A stretch of 64,000 bases of DNA, taken from an uncultured Clostridia bacterium (GTDB taxonomy: Bacteria > Bacillota > Clostridia > Christensenellales > UBA1242). The translations under genes and the position numbers were made by a program. The stretch covers positions 65,125-129,124 of the forward strand of contig CALWJZ010000001.1 of the NCBI GenBank assembly GCA_944381145.1. The letters are read 5' to 3'. Below, piece after piece: positions 1 through 11,100 of this stretch (the stretch's first letter is position 1; the number at the start of each line of letters is the position of its first letter). The notes under the pieces were generated by a model. The model ran no database searches and was not told the origin of the DNA. It saw only the letters and a list, made by a program, of their open reading frames with translations.

Positions 1-1
1 G

Positions 2-655
2 ATAAATGAAAAAGTTATTATTCATTGTGATGGAGTTCAAGCTGTAGGTAAAATTAATGTAAATCTAGACAATTTAAATGTTGATATGTATACTATATCT
101 GCTCACAAAATTCACGGGTTTAAAGGTGTTGGTGCATTAATTTTTAATAAAAAAATAAAATTAAAACCAATAATCTATGGCGGGGGACAAGAAAATAATA
201 TAAGGAGTGGAACAGAAAATGTTTATGGAATATATTCTTTATACAAAGCTGTTGATATAGCTGTAAATAATTTGCAGATAAATTATAATCATGTAATGAA
301 TTTAAAAAATCATTTTATTGAAAAATTGGAAAATACAGGTATTAGTTTTAAGTTACACTCAGGTAATAATTGTTCTCCATATATTATGTCGATAAGTTTT
401 TTGGGTTGTAGAGCAGAGACATTGCTTAATTTGCTTAGTGACGAAAACATTTTTGTTGGTAATGGTTCGGCATGTTCTTCCAAAAAAAGTGGAAATAGAA
501 TTCTTGAAGCTCAAGGAATTCCAATGTCTGAAATTGAAAGTAATTTAAGAATTAGTTTCTCTAAATACAATACTATAGAAGAAGTTGGTTATTTAATAGA
601 ATCTATTTCTAAATGTGTTAATGATTATTTATTAAAAATTAAAAAACATTTTTAA
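2..655 (+). CDS. Cysteine desulfurase (class V aminotransferase, NifS/NifZ/IscS family), 5' end cut by window
   Basis: The frame is open from nt 2 (INEKVIIHCDGVQAVGK...). It carries an HxD..Q motif, the PLP-lysine motif 'SAHKIHG' and the catalytic-Cys loop 'GSACSS'. It sits directly upstream of thiI, as in the Bacillus nifZ-thiI pair. Confidence 0.85.
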   Translation: MNEKVIIHCDGVQAVGKINVNLDNLNVDMYTISAHKIHGFKGVGALIFNKKIKLKPIIYGGGQENNIRSGTENVYGIYSLYKAVDIAVNNLQINYNHVMNLKNHFIEKLENTGISFKLHSGNNCSPYIMSISFLGCRAETLLNLLSDENIFVGNGSACSSKKSGNRILEAQGIPMSEIESNLRISFSKYNTIEEVGYLIESISKCVNDYLLKIKKHF

Positions 656-749
656 TAAATTTAAAATATTGTCATAAACAAACAATGTATTGTCAAATAA
701 TTATATTATTATGGCAATTGTTTAATATATTTTGCAAAAGAAGGTATGT

Positions 750-1904
750 ATGAATAATGTAATAATTATAAGATATAGTGAAATTTTTTTAAAAGGTAAA
801 AATTTTGGTTTTTTTGAGAAAAAACTTTTTGATAATATACATGAAAAAATATCAAATTTTGAATGTGATTTAATTAAATCTAACAAAAGATTTTTTATTG
901 AAAATTATGATATTAAAAATGAAAAAAAATTAATTGAAATTTTAGGTACTATATTTGGAATTCATTCAATAAGTCCTGCAATCAAAATTGAAAGTAATAT
1001 TGAATTAATTAGTAATTATATTTCTACTTTAAATATTAAAAGCAAAACATTTAGAGTTACTGTAAACAGAGCTGATAAAAATTTTCCTATATCATCTATT
1101 GAATTTTCGAAAAATTTAGGAGCAATTATTTTAGATAATAATAAAAATATATCAGTTGATTTACATAGTCCTGATACTATAGTGTATGTTGATATAAGAG
1201 AGACAAAATTTTCTTATATTTACTCAAAAGTTATAAATGGTTTAGGTGGTATGCCTGTAGGTACAAGTGGTAGTGGATTGCTTCTTCTTTCGGGTGGGAT
1301 TGATAGTCCTGTTGCTGGTTATATGATGGCTAGACGTGGAATGGAAATAAATGCAATTCATTTTCATAGTTATCCTTATACCAGCGAAAGTGCAAAACAA
1401 AAAGTTATTAAGTTAGCTAATATCATAAAAAAATTTACTGGTTCATTTAAATTATATGTTGTGTCTTTTACTAAAATTCAAGAAAATATACATAAAAATT
1501 GCAGTAGTTCTTTTATGATTACTTTAATGAGAAGAATAATGTTTAGAATTGCCGAAAAAATTGCAAAAGCAAATAATCTTCAATGCATCATTACTGGCGA
1601 AAACTTAGGTCAAGTTGCTAGTCAAACTGTGGAAAGTATGACTGTAACTAACGCAGTTATTGAAGATTTGCCAGTTTTTAGACCACTTATATCTTTTGAT
1701 AAAGATGATATATCCAAAATCGCTACTAAAATTGGAACTTTTGAAACTTCTATTTTGCCATATGAAGATTGTTGTACTGTTTTCTTGCCTAAGCACCCTG
1801 TGATAAAGCCTAGTATTGATAAATGCTTAAAAGAAGAACAAAAATTAGATATAATGAAACTTATTGATGACGCTTTAAAAGATATAGAAATAATAGACAT
1901 TTAA
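750..1904 (+). CDS. thiI: tRNA 4-thiouridine synthase / sulfurtransferase ThiI
   Basis: Shows the N-terminal ferredoxin-like/THUMP pattern (IIIRYSEIFLKGKN) and the PP-loop 'LSGGIDSPVAG'. The ATG at 750 with GAAGG 6 nt upstream is preferred over the TTG at 732 in the ORF track. Confidence 0.9.
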   Translation: MNNVIIIRYSEIFLKGKNFGFFEKKLFDNIHEKISNFECDLIKSNKRFFIENYDIKNEKKLIEILGTIFGIHSISPAIKIESNIELISNYISTLNIKSKTFRVTVNRADKNFPISSIEFSKNLGAIILDNNKNISVDLHSPDTIVYVDIRETKFSYIYSKVINGLGGMPVGTSGSGLLLLSGGIDSPVAGYMMARRGMEINAIHFHSYPYTSESAKQKVIKLANIIKKFTGSFKLYVVSFTKIQENIHKNCSSSFMITLMRRIMFRIAEKIAKANNLQCIITGENLGQVASQTVESMTVTNAVIEDLPVFRPLISFDKDDISKIATKIGTFETSILPYEDCCTVFLPKHPVIKPSIDKCLKEEQKLDIMKLIDDALKDIEIIDI

Positions 1905-1937
1905 TTTGTGCTTATGTTAATAAGATTATGTTTTTTT

Positions 1938-1964
1938 AAAATAGCTATCATTAGCTATTTTTTT
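1938..1964 (+). terminator. Rho-independent terminator after thiI
   Basis: Hairpin aaaATAGCTA-tcat-TAGCTATttt followed by a T-run. Confidence 0.65.
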
Positions 1965-2016
1965 AATATTTTACAAATTTTTGACTTCTACCTATAATCA
2001 ATTGATTTAAAATAAT

Positions 2017-2045
2017 TTGACGAAGTGTAAATTATCATATATAAT
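2017..2045 (+). promoter_or_regulatory. Sigma-A-type promoter for rny
   Basis: TTGACG (2017-2022), 17-nt spacer, TATAAT (2040-2045), about 110 nt upstream of the rny ATG. Confidence 0.55.
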
Positions 2046-2153
2046 GCTATTGTATAATACTAATTAGTCGCACAGTCCTATTTCAAATTTTGAACATATA
2101 GGGGAAACAACTTGTGCTTAATATTATATAAAAATTTTAATAGGAGTAAACCA

Positions 2154-3743
2154 ATGCTAAACATAAATATATTACTTATGTCAGCTTGGGTTACTGGTTT
2201 GCTCGGTATTTTAATTGGATTAGCTGTAGCTATTCCATGCACATTTTTTGTAATAAAAAAAATACAAAAAAACAAGGCAGAAAAAGATAATGCTAGTGCA
2301 AAAAGTTTGTTAGAAGAAGCAAAACTTGAAGCTAAAAATTTGAAAAAAGAAGCTATTTTAGAAGCCAAAGAAGAAACTTTAAGGCTAACAAGCGAGTGTG
2401 ACCAAGAACTTAAGCTTAGACGTTCAGAAGTTCAAAAAGCAGAAAATAGAATAAATCAAAGAGAAGAATTTCTTGATAAAAAAGAAGAATTAATAGAAAA
2501 AAAGAACGAACAAATTGATAAAATAAAAGAAGATTTAGCAAATAAAGAACAAGATTTAAACAAAAAATTTGATGAACAAAATGAAATTTTGAACAAAATG
2601 ACATCTGAATTGGAAAGAATATCCAAATTATCTAAGGAAGATGCAAAAAAAGAATTAATAGCTAAATACGAAGAAGATGCAAAAAAAGAAGCAGCAATCA
2701 TAGTTAGGGATATAGAAAACAAAGCAAAAGAAGAAGCTGATAAAAAAGCTAGAGAAATAGTGACATTAGCAATACAAAAAACAGCTGTTGATCATACAAG
2801 TGAAGTAACAGTCTCAACAGTTGCGCTTCCTAATGATGAAGTTAAGGGAAGAATTATTGGAAGAGAGGGAAGAAATATTCGTGCTTTGGAATCTGCAACA
2901 GGTGTTGATTTAATAATAGATGATACTCCTGAAGCTGTTGTGTTATCTTCATTTGATCCAGTCAGAAGAGAAATTGCTAGAATTTCACTTGAAAAATTAA
3001 TATTAGATGGAAGAATTCATCCTGCAAGAATTGAAGAAATGGTTGACAAAGTGACTAAAGATATCGAAAATTCAATTAAGGAAGAAGGTGAAGCTGCAGT
3101 ATTTGATGCAGGCATTCATGGTATGCACCCTGAATTAATTAAATTACTTGGTAGACTAAAATATAGAACAAGTTATGGTCAAAATGTTTTGAAACATAGT
3201 TTGGAAGTTGCTTATTTATCAGGGCTTATTGCTGCTGAAGTTGGAGCTAACGAACAAATTGCAAAACGTGGTGGATTACTTCATGATATTGGAAAAGCTA
3301 TTGATCACGAAACTGAAGGTACACATGTATCTATTGGTGTAGAATTGGCAACTAAATATAAAGAGAATAAAGAAGTAATACATTGTATTGCTGCTCATCA
3401 TGGTAATGTTGAATTTGAAAGTTTGGAAGCTATAATTGTACAAACTGCAGATGCTATAAGTAGTAGTAGACCAGGTGCTCGTAGAGAAAGTTTGGAAGCT
3501 TATATAAAAAGACTTACAGCACTTGAAGAAATTGCAAATAGCTTTAAGGGTGTAGAGACTAGTTATGCTATACAAGCAGGTAGGGAAATTAGAATTGTTG
3601 TAAAACCTAATGAAGTAAGTGATGAACAGGCATTATTTATGGCAAAAGATATTGCAAAAAAAATTGAAAAAGAAATGGAATATCCTGGACAAATTAAAGT
3701 AAATGTCATTAGAGAAACTAGAAATGTAGATTATGCAAAATAA
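2154..3743 (+). CDS. rny: Ribonuclease Y (N-terminal TM, coiled coil, KH and HD domains)
   Basis: Contains a TM helix '[18 protein letters not shown]', a K/E-rich coiled coil, a KH motif '[15 protein letters not shown]' and HD motifs 'LLHDIGKA' and 'AAHHG'. The ATG at 2154 is preceded by TAGGAGT and is preferred over the upstream start at 2112. Confidence 0.95.
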   Translation: MLNINILLMSAWVTGLLGILIGLAVAIPCTFFVIKKIQKNKAEKDNASAKSLLEEAKLEAKNLKKEAILEAKEETLRLTSECDQELKLRRSEVQKAENRINQREEFLDKKEELIEKKNEQIDKIKEDLANKEQDLNKKFDEQNEILNKMTSELERISKLSKEDAKKELIAKYEEDAKKEAAIIVRDIENKAKEEADKKAREIVTLAIQKTAVDHTSEVTVSTVALPNDEVKGRIIGREGRNIRALESATGVDLIIDDTPEAVVLSSFDPVRREIARISLEKLILDGRIHPARIEEMVDKVTKDIENSIKEEGEAAVFDAGIHGMHPELIKLLGRLKYRTSYGQNVLKHSLEVAYLSGLIAAEVGANEQIAKRGGLLHDIGKAIDHETEGTHVSIGVELATKYKENKEVIHCIAAHHGNVEFESLEAIIVQTADAISSSRPGARRESLEAYIKRLTALEEIANSFKGVETSYAIQAGREIRIVVKPNEVSDEQALFMAKDIAKKIEKEMEYPGQIKVNVIRETRNVDYAK

Positions 3744-3750
3744 AAAAATT

Positions 3751-3794
3751 CCAAAATTTGAAATTTAAAATATTTTTCAAATTTTGGTTTTTTT
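3751..3794 (+). terminator. Rho-independent terminator after rny
   Basis: 13-bp stem CCAAAATTTGAAA (3751-3763) / TTTCAAATTTTGG (3775-3787) followed by T7. Confidence 0.8.
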
Positions 3795-3948
3795 ATTTTA
3801 TATATTTTAAAAAATAAAATTTTTCAATAGTTTATAAAAAATATTATTGCTAAAAGATTTATGAATTGTATTGTGTAAAATATCTTTAATATGCTTATTT
3901 TTATTTGAATTTCTTTTTTTAAATAATTATTCTTTTTATAAAATATAC

Positions 3949-3977
3949 TTGACTAATTTTTTTATTTATATTAAACT
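3949..3977 (+). promoter_or_regulatory. Sigma-A-type promoter for tRNA-Trp
   Basis: TTGACT (3949-3954), 17-nt spacer, TAAACT (3972-3977), ending 15 nt before the tRNA 5' end. Confidence 0.5.
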
Positions 3978-3991
3978 AATTAAGTTTTCAA

Positions 3992-4066
3992 AGGGGTGTG
4001 GCTCAATGGTAGAGTAGCGGTCTCCAAAACCGTAGGTTGTGGGTTCGAGTCCTACCACCCCTGCCA
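3992..4066 (+). tRNA. trnW: tRNA-Trp (anticodon CCA), CCA end encoded
   Basis: Acceptor stem AGGGGTG/CACCCCT, anticodon loop cuCCAaa at 4022-4028, T-arm GGTTCGAGTCC, discriminator G plus CCA at 4063-4066. Folded by eye. Confidence 0.9.
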
Positions 4067-4081
4067 ATAAAATATTTTTTG

Positions 4082-4112
4082 AAAGTTTTTATTTTACATA
4101 AAAACTTTTTTT
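4082..4112 (+). terminator. Rho-independent terminator after tRNA-Trp
   Basis: 10-bp stem AAAGTTTTTA (4082-4091) / TAAAAACTTT (4099-4108) followed by a T-run. Confidence 0.7.
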
Positions 4113-4314
4113 AACTTTATCCAAATTTATTTGTAATAATTATGCAAAAAAATAAATAAATATTCTAATATAAAAAAGTTACAAAATAATTATATTAAAA
4201 TAGTATTTTTTTGTAATTGTAATTTATTTATTATTTTTAATAAGTTTCAAAACGCATTATATAGTGATATTTTATATAACAAATTAATAATAAACTTCAA
4301 TAAAAAAACTGTAT

Positions 4315-4761
4315 TTAATATACAGTTTTATTTTTTGATATTTCGGAAGTTGCAAGTTGATCACAGCGATTATTAAATTCGTTGTCTGCATGTCCTTTTA
4401 CTTTGTGCCATGTAACTTTATGGGGTAAAGTTAACTCAATTAACTCTTTCCAAAGTTCAATGTTTTGAACTGGTTTTTTGTTTGCTGTTTTCCAATTATT
4501 TTGTATCCATGTATCGATCCAATTGCAAGTAAAAGCATTTACGACATAAGCGCTATCTGAATAAATATTCAATTCTACTGGTTCTTTTATTAATTTTAAA
4601 CCTTCTATTACTGCTGTTAATTCCATTTGATTATTGGTAGTGTTTTTTTTGTATCCACTATATTCTTTTTTGTGTTTGTTGTATATAAGTATTCCGCCAT
4701 ATCCGCCATCTCCAGGATTGCCACTACAAGCTCCATCTGTGTATAAATCAACAATCTTCAT
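4315..4761 (-). CDS. rnhA: Ribonuclease HI
   Basis: All four catalytic acidic positions of the RNase H fold look intact: 'YTDGAC', 'NNQMELTAVIEGL', 'IYSDSAYV', 'WHKVKGHADNEFNNRCDQLA'. GGAG RBS present. A hairpin at 4305-4329 overlaps the stop and is followed by a T-run on the minus strand. Confidence 0.9.
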   Translation of the reverse strand: MKIVDLYTDGACSGNPGDGGYGGILIYNKHKKEYSGYKKNTTNNQMELTAVIEGLKLIKEPVELNIYSDSAYVVNAFTCNWIDTWIQNNWKTANKKPVQNIELWKELIELTLPHKVTWHKVKGHADNEFNNRCDQLATSEISKNKTVY

Positions 4762-5043
4762 ATAAACTCCAAATTATTTTTCAAAATTTTACTCAAAAAT
4801 GAACTAAAAGTCAAATGCTATTTAATTACAATTAATTTATTTTAAATGTTTAGATAAAATCAAAATAAAAATATTTAATATTGTTTTGTGGGGGCTTTAA
4901 TAGGTTAATTTTGAATTTTTTTTATTTATTAAAAATTTTATAAATCTTACCTGTATATTTGCTTGTGTATAAAGCCAGCATATCTGCCTGTATATAGAAT
5001 GATAGAAAATTAAAAATAATTGTCATTTACTGTCGTAAATTGT

Positions 5044-5072
5044 TTGACCTAATTATCTTTTATATATATAAT
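5044..5072 (+). promoter_or_regulatory. Near-consensus sigma-A-type promoter for the giant ORF
   Basis: TTGACC (5044-5049), exactly 17 nt, TATAAT (5067-5072). This predicts a 5' UTR of about 100 nt. RBS AAGGGAG lies at 5170-5176, 7 nt before the ATG at 5184. Confidence 0.6.
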
Positions 5073-5183
5073 ATATAAGATTAATTACTTAACTTAAATA
5101 AAATAATTTTTTATGTTTAAAAATTAGTATGTCGTCAATAAAAAAACGAATTTTACAAATAATAATTTCAAGGGAGTTCTGGT

Positions 5184-8100
5184 ATGTCAAAACGTGTCAA
5201 ACCAAATTTTAGAGTAAAACATCCTTATTCTTATTTAATCAAATCTATCTTGCTTGGAATAGTAATGCTGTTTACAGGTATTTTTTCTGTGTCTATAGCA
5301 GGATTTATGAAACCAGATTCCTTGCCTGAAGATGTTGATGCTATGCAATATGATGCGATGAAGATAACTACTCACTATGAAGTAGATGATAATGTTGAAG
5401 GCATAATTAATCCAGATAATGGAATACCATATTCTTCTTATCCTGTTTTTATTGATTATGTTGGATCGGAAATATATGATGACCATGTTTCTAGCCGCCC
5501 TCCAGATAGTTCTTCATATATAAACGCTGATGTAGAGATTATTCTTCCAGATTATAGTTTTAGATATGAAGAAAAAATTCATATAGTTACGTTATATTCG
5601 GCTCTTAATAGGCCCATAATACAGTCTGTACAAAACGGAAATATTACTTGGGGAACTTCAACTGATTTTGGCTATAATGTATATTATGTTACAGAATCAG
5701 GAGAATATGTTAAATATAATCTTGACTATGAACAAAATGGTCCAAGTTATTCTACTATGTTTACCATTAGCAATGAGGATCTTTATAATAATGGTTATGT
5801 TGGTATAGTTATTAGTACAAAAGGTCTATTATTTGGTACAAGTGGAGATACTTTTATAGCGATTGATGAAGTAGCATCTTCGCAAGAGACAAAAAAAATA
5901 ATAAATGTTGAGGTTGGAAGATTGGAAACAGAAACACCTGAACCACCACCTACATTCGGACCAGCCAATTTGGGATCATATTCCGGTAATGGTACATCTG
6001 GACTTACTGGAAGAACTGTTGAGGGTGACGGAACACCAAATAAACCTTTTAAAATTTATTCATGGAATGATTTTAGATTTTTGCAATATTATTACAAAGA
6101 CGAAAGTAAATGTTACTCATTGCAGTCAGATGTTACAATTAATACAAACTCATTTAATTACTATACTTATAGTCATGGCAACTGGACGGTAAAAGGAGCA
6201 CTAAGTTATAGCTCTACACCTATTGATTTTGATGGAATCTTTTATGGTAATGGTTTCGATATTAATATTACAACCAATTCAGTTAGATACTCGTTATTCG
6301 AAAGTGTTTCATTTTATTCTATATTGAAAGATTTCAATATTATTGTATCTGCTACATATTCTACTTCTACATATTTCTATTATTCACTGCTTGTAGATGA
6401 AATTAGGGGAGGAACTTTCGAAAATATAAATATAGATTTAGGCAATAATTTTTATATTACTGCTAATTCTAGTTCAACTACACTTTCATCTAGTAGTCCA
6501 GATACAAATATTAGAGATTCTCGATCCGGTGGTATTTTTGCAAGAGCGATATCTGATGTAAATGTCTCTCGTAGTAATGTAAAAATTGTGAATTGTAATA
6601 TTATTGGAGATATAAACTTATTAACGTATGGTGGATATTCTTTTGGTACTTTTGTGGGTTATATAGACACGCATAAGGGAGTTTATATCTCGCATTCAAC
6701 ATATACTGGTACAATATTTATAAATAGAAGAACATCAAGCAATTATCAATCTTCTACAATAAAAGGAAAATATTTTTATTCTGCTACATCTGCATGTGTA
6801 GGTACAGTTCGTTCATCAACTACCCATGTTACTTTTACGCATGTAAATATTAATGCATCATTTTATTTCAAAGCTATTTCTAATTCAACAACTTATCAAT
6901 ACAAAACATATGCAAGAATTACTATTGCTGGTTTTGTAGGTGGTTGGACTGACTACTTTGATCCTAATAGTGCTAGTAGTAAGATTTCATATTCTTATTG
7001 TATGTATAACAAAGATCCAGGACAATCATATGCAGTAGGTGTTGCAAGCGGTTATACAGCTTCAACGATATTAGGTACTACTAAGACATACAAGAGACTT
7101 TATATATATCACACAACGCCATCAACTTCTTATCATACGTATAATACTGCAACGTCAAGTTTCACAAGTTATTATTTATCATATATTTATGGAACTAGCT
7201 TAACAACTTCTACAACTCAATCAACATTTAATAATACTTTCAATAGTTCAAGTAATGGAAATTCTAATGGTTGGTATTATGGAACTGATAAAAAGATATA
7301 TAAAAGGTCAATAAATGTACTAAATTTTTCTACTAAAAGTGGAAATTATACTACTGTAACTCCTGTAAATAATGTTTATAATATTAGTAACGCTAAACAA
7401 TTGAATTATATTAGTTATTTATGTAATAATAATGGTACTAGTTTTTCTGGTAAGACTATAAAATTAACAGCTGATATAGATATGCAAGGATATAATTGGG
7501 TTCCACTTTTTTGCCTTAGTAAGGCTACATTTGATGGTAATGGCTATACAATCAAAAATTTATATATCGATACACCTAGTGTTGTTGGAAAAATGTATGA
7601 TGGATGGTCTGCCTATCGAAATTACATTGGTTTTGCTGGATATTTTAGCAATTCTACTATTAAAAACCTTACATTTGAAAATAGTTTTATGTATATAAGT
7701 GATATTCCTAATTCCTTTGAATATGGATCAAGTGGTATTGGGTCAATAAGAAGTATTGGAATGATTGTAGGACGTTTGAATTCATCAAATTGCTATAATG
7801 TATATACAAAAAATTCTGGTATGTTTTTGTCAATGTATAATGGTTATAATTCTATATCATCAACTGGTGTTCCTACATCAAATTCACTTTATAATTATAT
7901 CTCACCTTGTATAGGTTATTCGCTTCAAAATTCCGATATTAGTGGAATTGTAGTAGATAATTTTCGATTAGGAAAAGATGATGCATTTGTATCTTCAACC
8001 ACATTGAGTACATATGGATTTTATGTATTTGGTGGATTAACAGGCTATGCTTCTTATACTGATTCAAAAGAAGTTGTTATATCTGATATTTCAAATATTA

Positions 8101-11100
8101 GTGGATTAGATTCTGTATATGATTTAGCGAATGGTTCTGCAATACAGAAATATATTACTGATGTAATTATTAATAATGTAAATGTTTCTAACAAAACATC
8201 AACAAATACTTCAAGAAGAATCTACAATACATATTATGAAATGTCTACTAACGGATATCAATTTGCAAATAGAACATCTACACTTAGCACTTTTTTGAGT
8301 ACAATTTTGAAAGGTGACTATGCTGATGTTTGGGGTGTATATACAAATCAAACATCATCTAGTATTCAAAATTTAATGGAAAATGCTGTAACAATCAAAT
8401 TACAGTCAAATCCTTCATGTGCACATACGAGTACTAAACCTGTTTCTGTTTCAGGTACTTGTCCTATATGTGGTTCAAGTGGAACAACTACTGAAAATAG
8501 ATGTAATTTGTGTAACGACGTAGTATCTTATAGCTATAATTATCCTTGTGGATATGATGGTAATACTTGTAATGCAAATAGTCTTTGTCCTGTTTGTAAT
8601 GTGGGTACTATGGAGCCATCTGGTACAACAGATACAGATGTGCAATATTGGGATTTATATTGTTATGGTTGTAATACACGAGTAGAAGAAGCCATTGAAT
8701 ATGCTTGTACTAATTCAAGTTGTAGTAATAGTTATTTGTCTTATGATTGTAATTGTGATAGTTCATATGCATGGAGACTAGGGAAAAGCGATACTTGGAC
8801 TATACGTAACAAAGATACAAATGAAATAGTTGGTTATTATTATCATGAATCTGGTTGTACACAAAAAAATCCATCAATTCATACAGAAGCTTATGGTGTT
8901 GAATGTCCAAATTGTGGTCAAAATGAATACGCTCCTGGTTTTACATATTGTGTTGGTTGCTATGAAGCAACAGGTGGATTGTCAATAGTTTGTGATAGTG
9001 GTTGGTGTTATAGTTGCAGAACTGGTTCTATTGAAACCTTTACAGATTATTCTTGGTATATTTATGAAGATTCTCCTATCATGTCTGTATCATCTCATAG
9101 TGGATATACTTCTCAATTATTAAGTAATAATTCTGCTTGTTGTTGCGCAAGTTGTGATACTTCATATACTGCAAATTATTCTGGCAATAATCAATTACGT
9201 GCCGTTACTGGAAGTAATCCAAGAGTCAATACAATATATTTGGTTTTGTACAAATGTGAACCAAATGCTGTTTTCTTTGATACAAAGAACAATATAGATT
9301 CTGGCCAAACTGAATTATATGATAATGGTATTTTGTCAAAAAGTACGTATAGAATACCATCAACAATTAGTTCTACTTATGGTACTAGTAATTTTATTCC
9401 AAGTAATAATAATTATCAAGAAATGTATAATACTGGATCTTTTGCTTGTTTCCCTGGAGAATCTCTTTATTTAGTAAATAATACTGGTAGTACTAGTTTA
9501 AGTCATACTATCAAGAGTAATTCATCTTCAACTACAAATCTTCTAGAACTGGAAGAATCTGATTATGCAAACTTGTCGACAAGTACTGATCCAAATGTTT
9601 ATAATCTGAAAGCATATAAATATACAGTACCATCTACATACAGTGGCAACTTTAGAAGTTCTAATGGTAACATGTTAATTGAAGTCAATGAAGGACTTAA
9701 AGAAGCATATTTTGTAGTAACTTTTGACGCTTATTCTATAAATGAAATGGACATTGTGCCAACTATTTCAAAAACTGGTAATGGAACTTTGACTAAAGTT
9801 GGAACGTATAATTTAGGAAATAATACTTATGATGGATCGCATATTTCATGGTTATATAAGATTTCTGGAATGGACAAAAACACTCAAATTACTATAACAT
9901 TTGGAAGACCAATTACAAATAGTACTTATTATATAACTCCAGGTTCGTATTCTAGTTTGAATTATGTCAGATCATATGAAAAAATTTATTATCGTGATTC
10001 TAATGAAGGTACCAAGTCAGAATTAACTCCTACATTAAGTGGAAATTCTAAAACTTTTACATTTAAACCATATCAAAATTCTAATTACACATATTGCAGT
10101 AATTTTTCTTCTGATACCAATTTATCCAGTATTGCTGAACAGGTTCCAGAAATAATAATGTCTTATACAGATTACAATAGTTCAACTGACAAATGGTTGA
10201 CAAGGGTTACAATAAATACTTCTAGTTATTACGCTTATTCTAGTAATTATACAGCTGAATCAACTATAACACCTAAGTTTAGATATTATTATAATTCGTC
10301 AACATATAGTTCTGCTACAAGTGATTTGTTTTGCTATTTAGGTAATAATGGTACTTCTTCTACATATTTCAAAATTCTTCAAAGTGATAATTACAAAGTC
10401 GGTAATTATATTTATCAAGCAAAATTAAGATATAGTACTTCAAGTGGAACAACAATATACTCAAGTACAACAGCATCTTCAAATAGTAATATTAATACAA
10501 CTAAAAATGATTTAACATTGGATTGTAGTGAATATACTTCTTCTACTGGTGGCTCTAATAGAACTAATCGAAGATATATTTCTATCAACAATATAAGTGG
10601 AGTTGATAATAAATACGAGAGAGTATTATATAATTTTAATATTACAAAACCATCTAATACAAGTGCAAAAGTATATTTTAATGGTACACAAGTAACAGGG
10701 ACTACTGCTACAGGATATTATAAATATAATACCATTTCAATTGATTTTCCTGGTACAGATGAAAGAATAAAAAATTCTTATTTTGCCGAAGTAAATTATA
10801 CCTATTCAACAACTTCTCAATCTACAACATCTTCTACTAATTATTATCTTGCATATGATAATTCTGGTTTAATTAATCAAGCAACAGGAAGTTCAAAAGG
10901 GTCAGCTCCTACTAGTAATGATTTTAGTATGAGATGGAACAATATCCCGATTATTCATAGTAACAAAGGTATTTATTCATCTGCTAATGAAAGTTGGACA
11001 CCAACTATAAAAGTAAATTTATATCGTTTTACTTGGGATCAAATTGCAAGGGCAACTAAAGATAAATACGATGATACCAATGGCGCAGCTAATATAGCAA

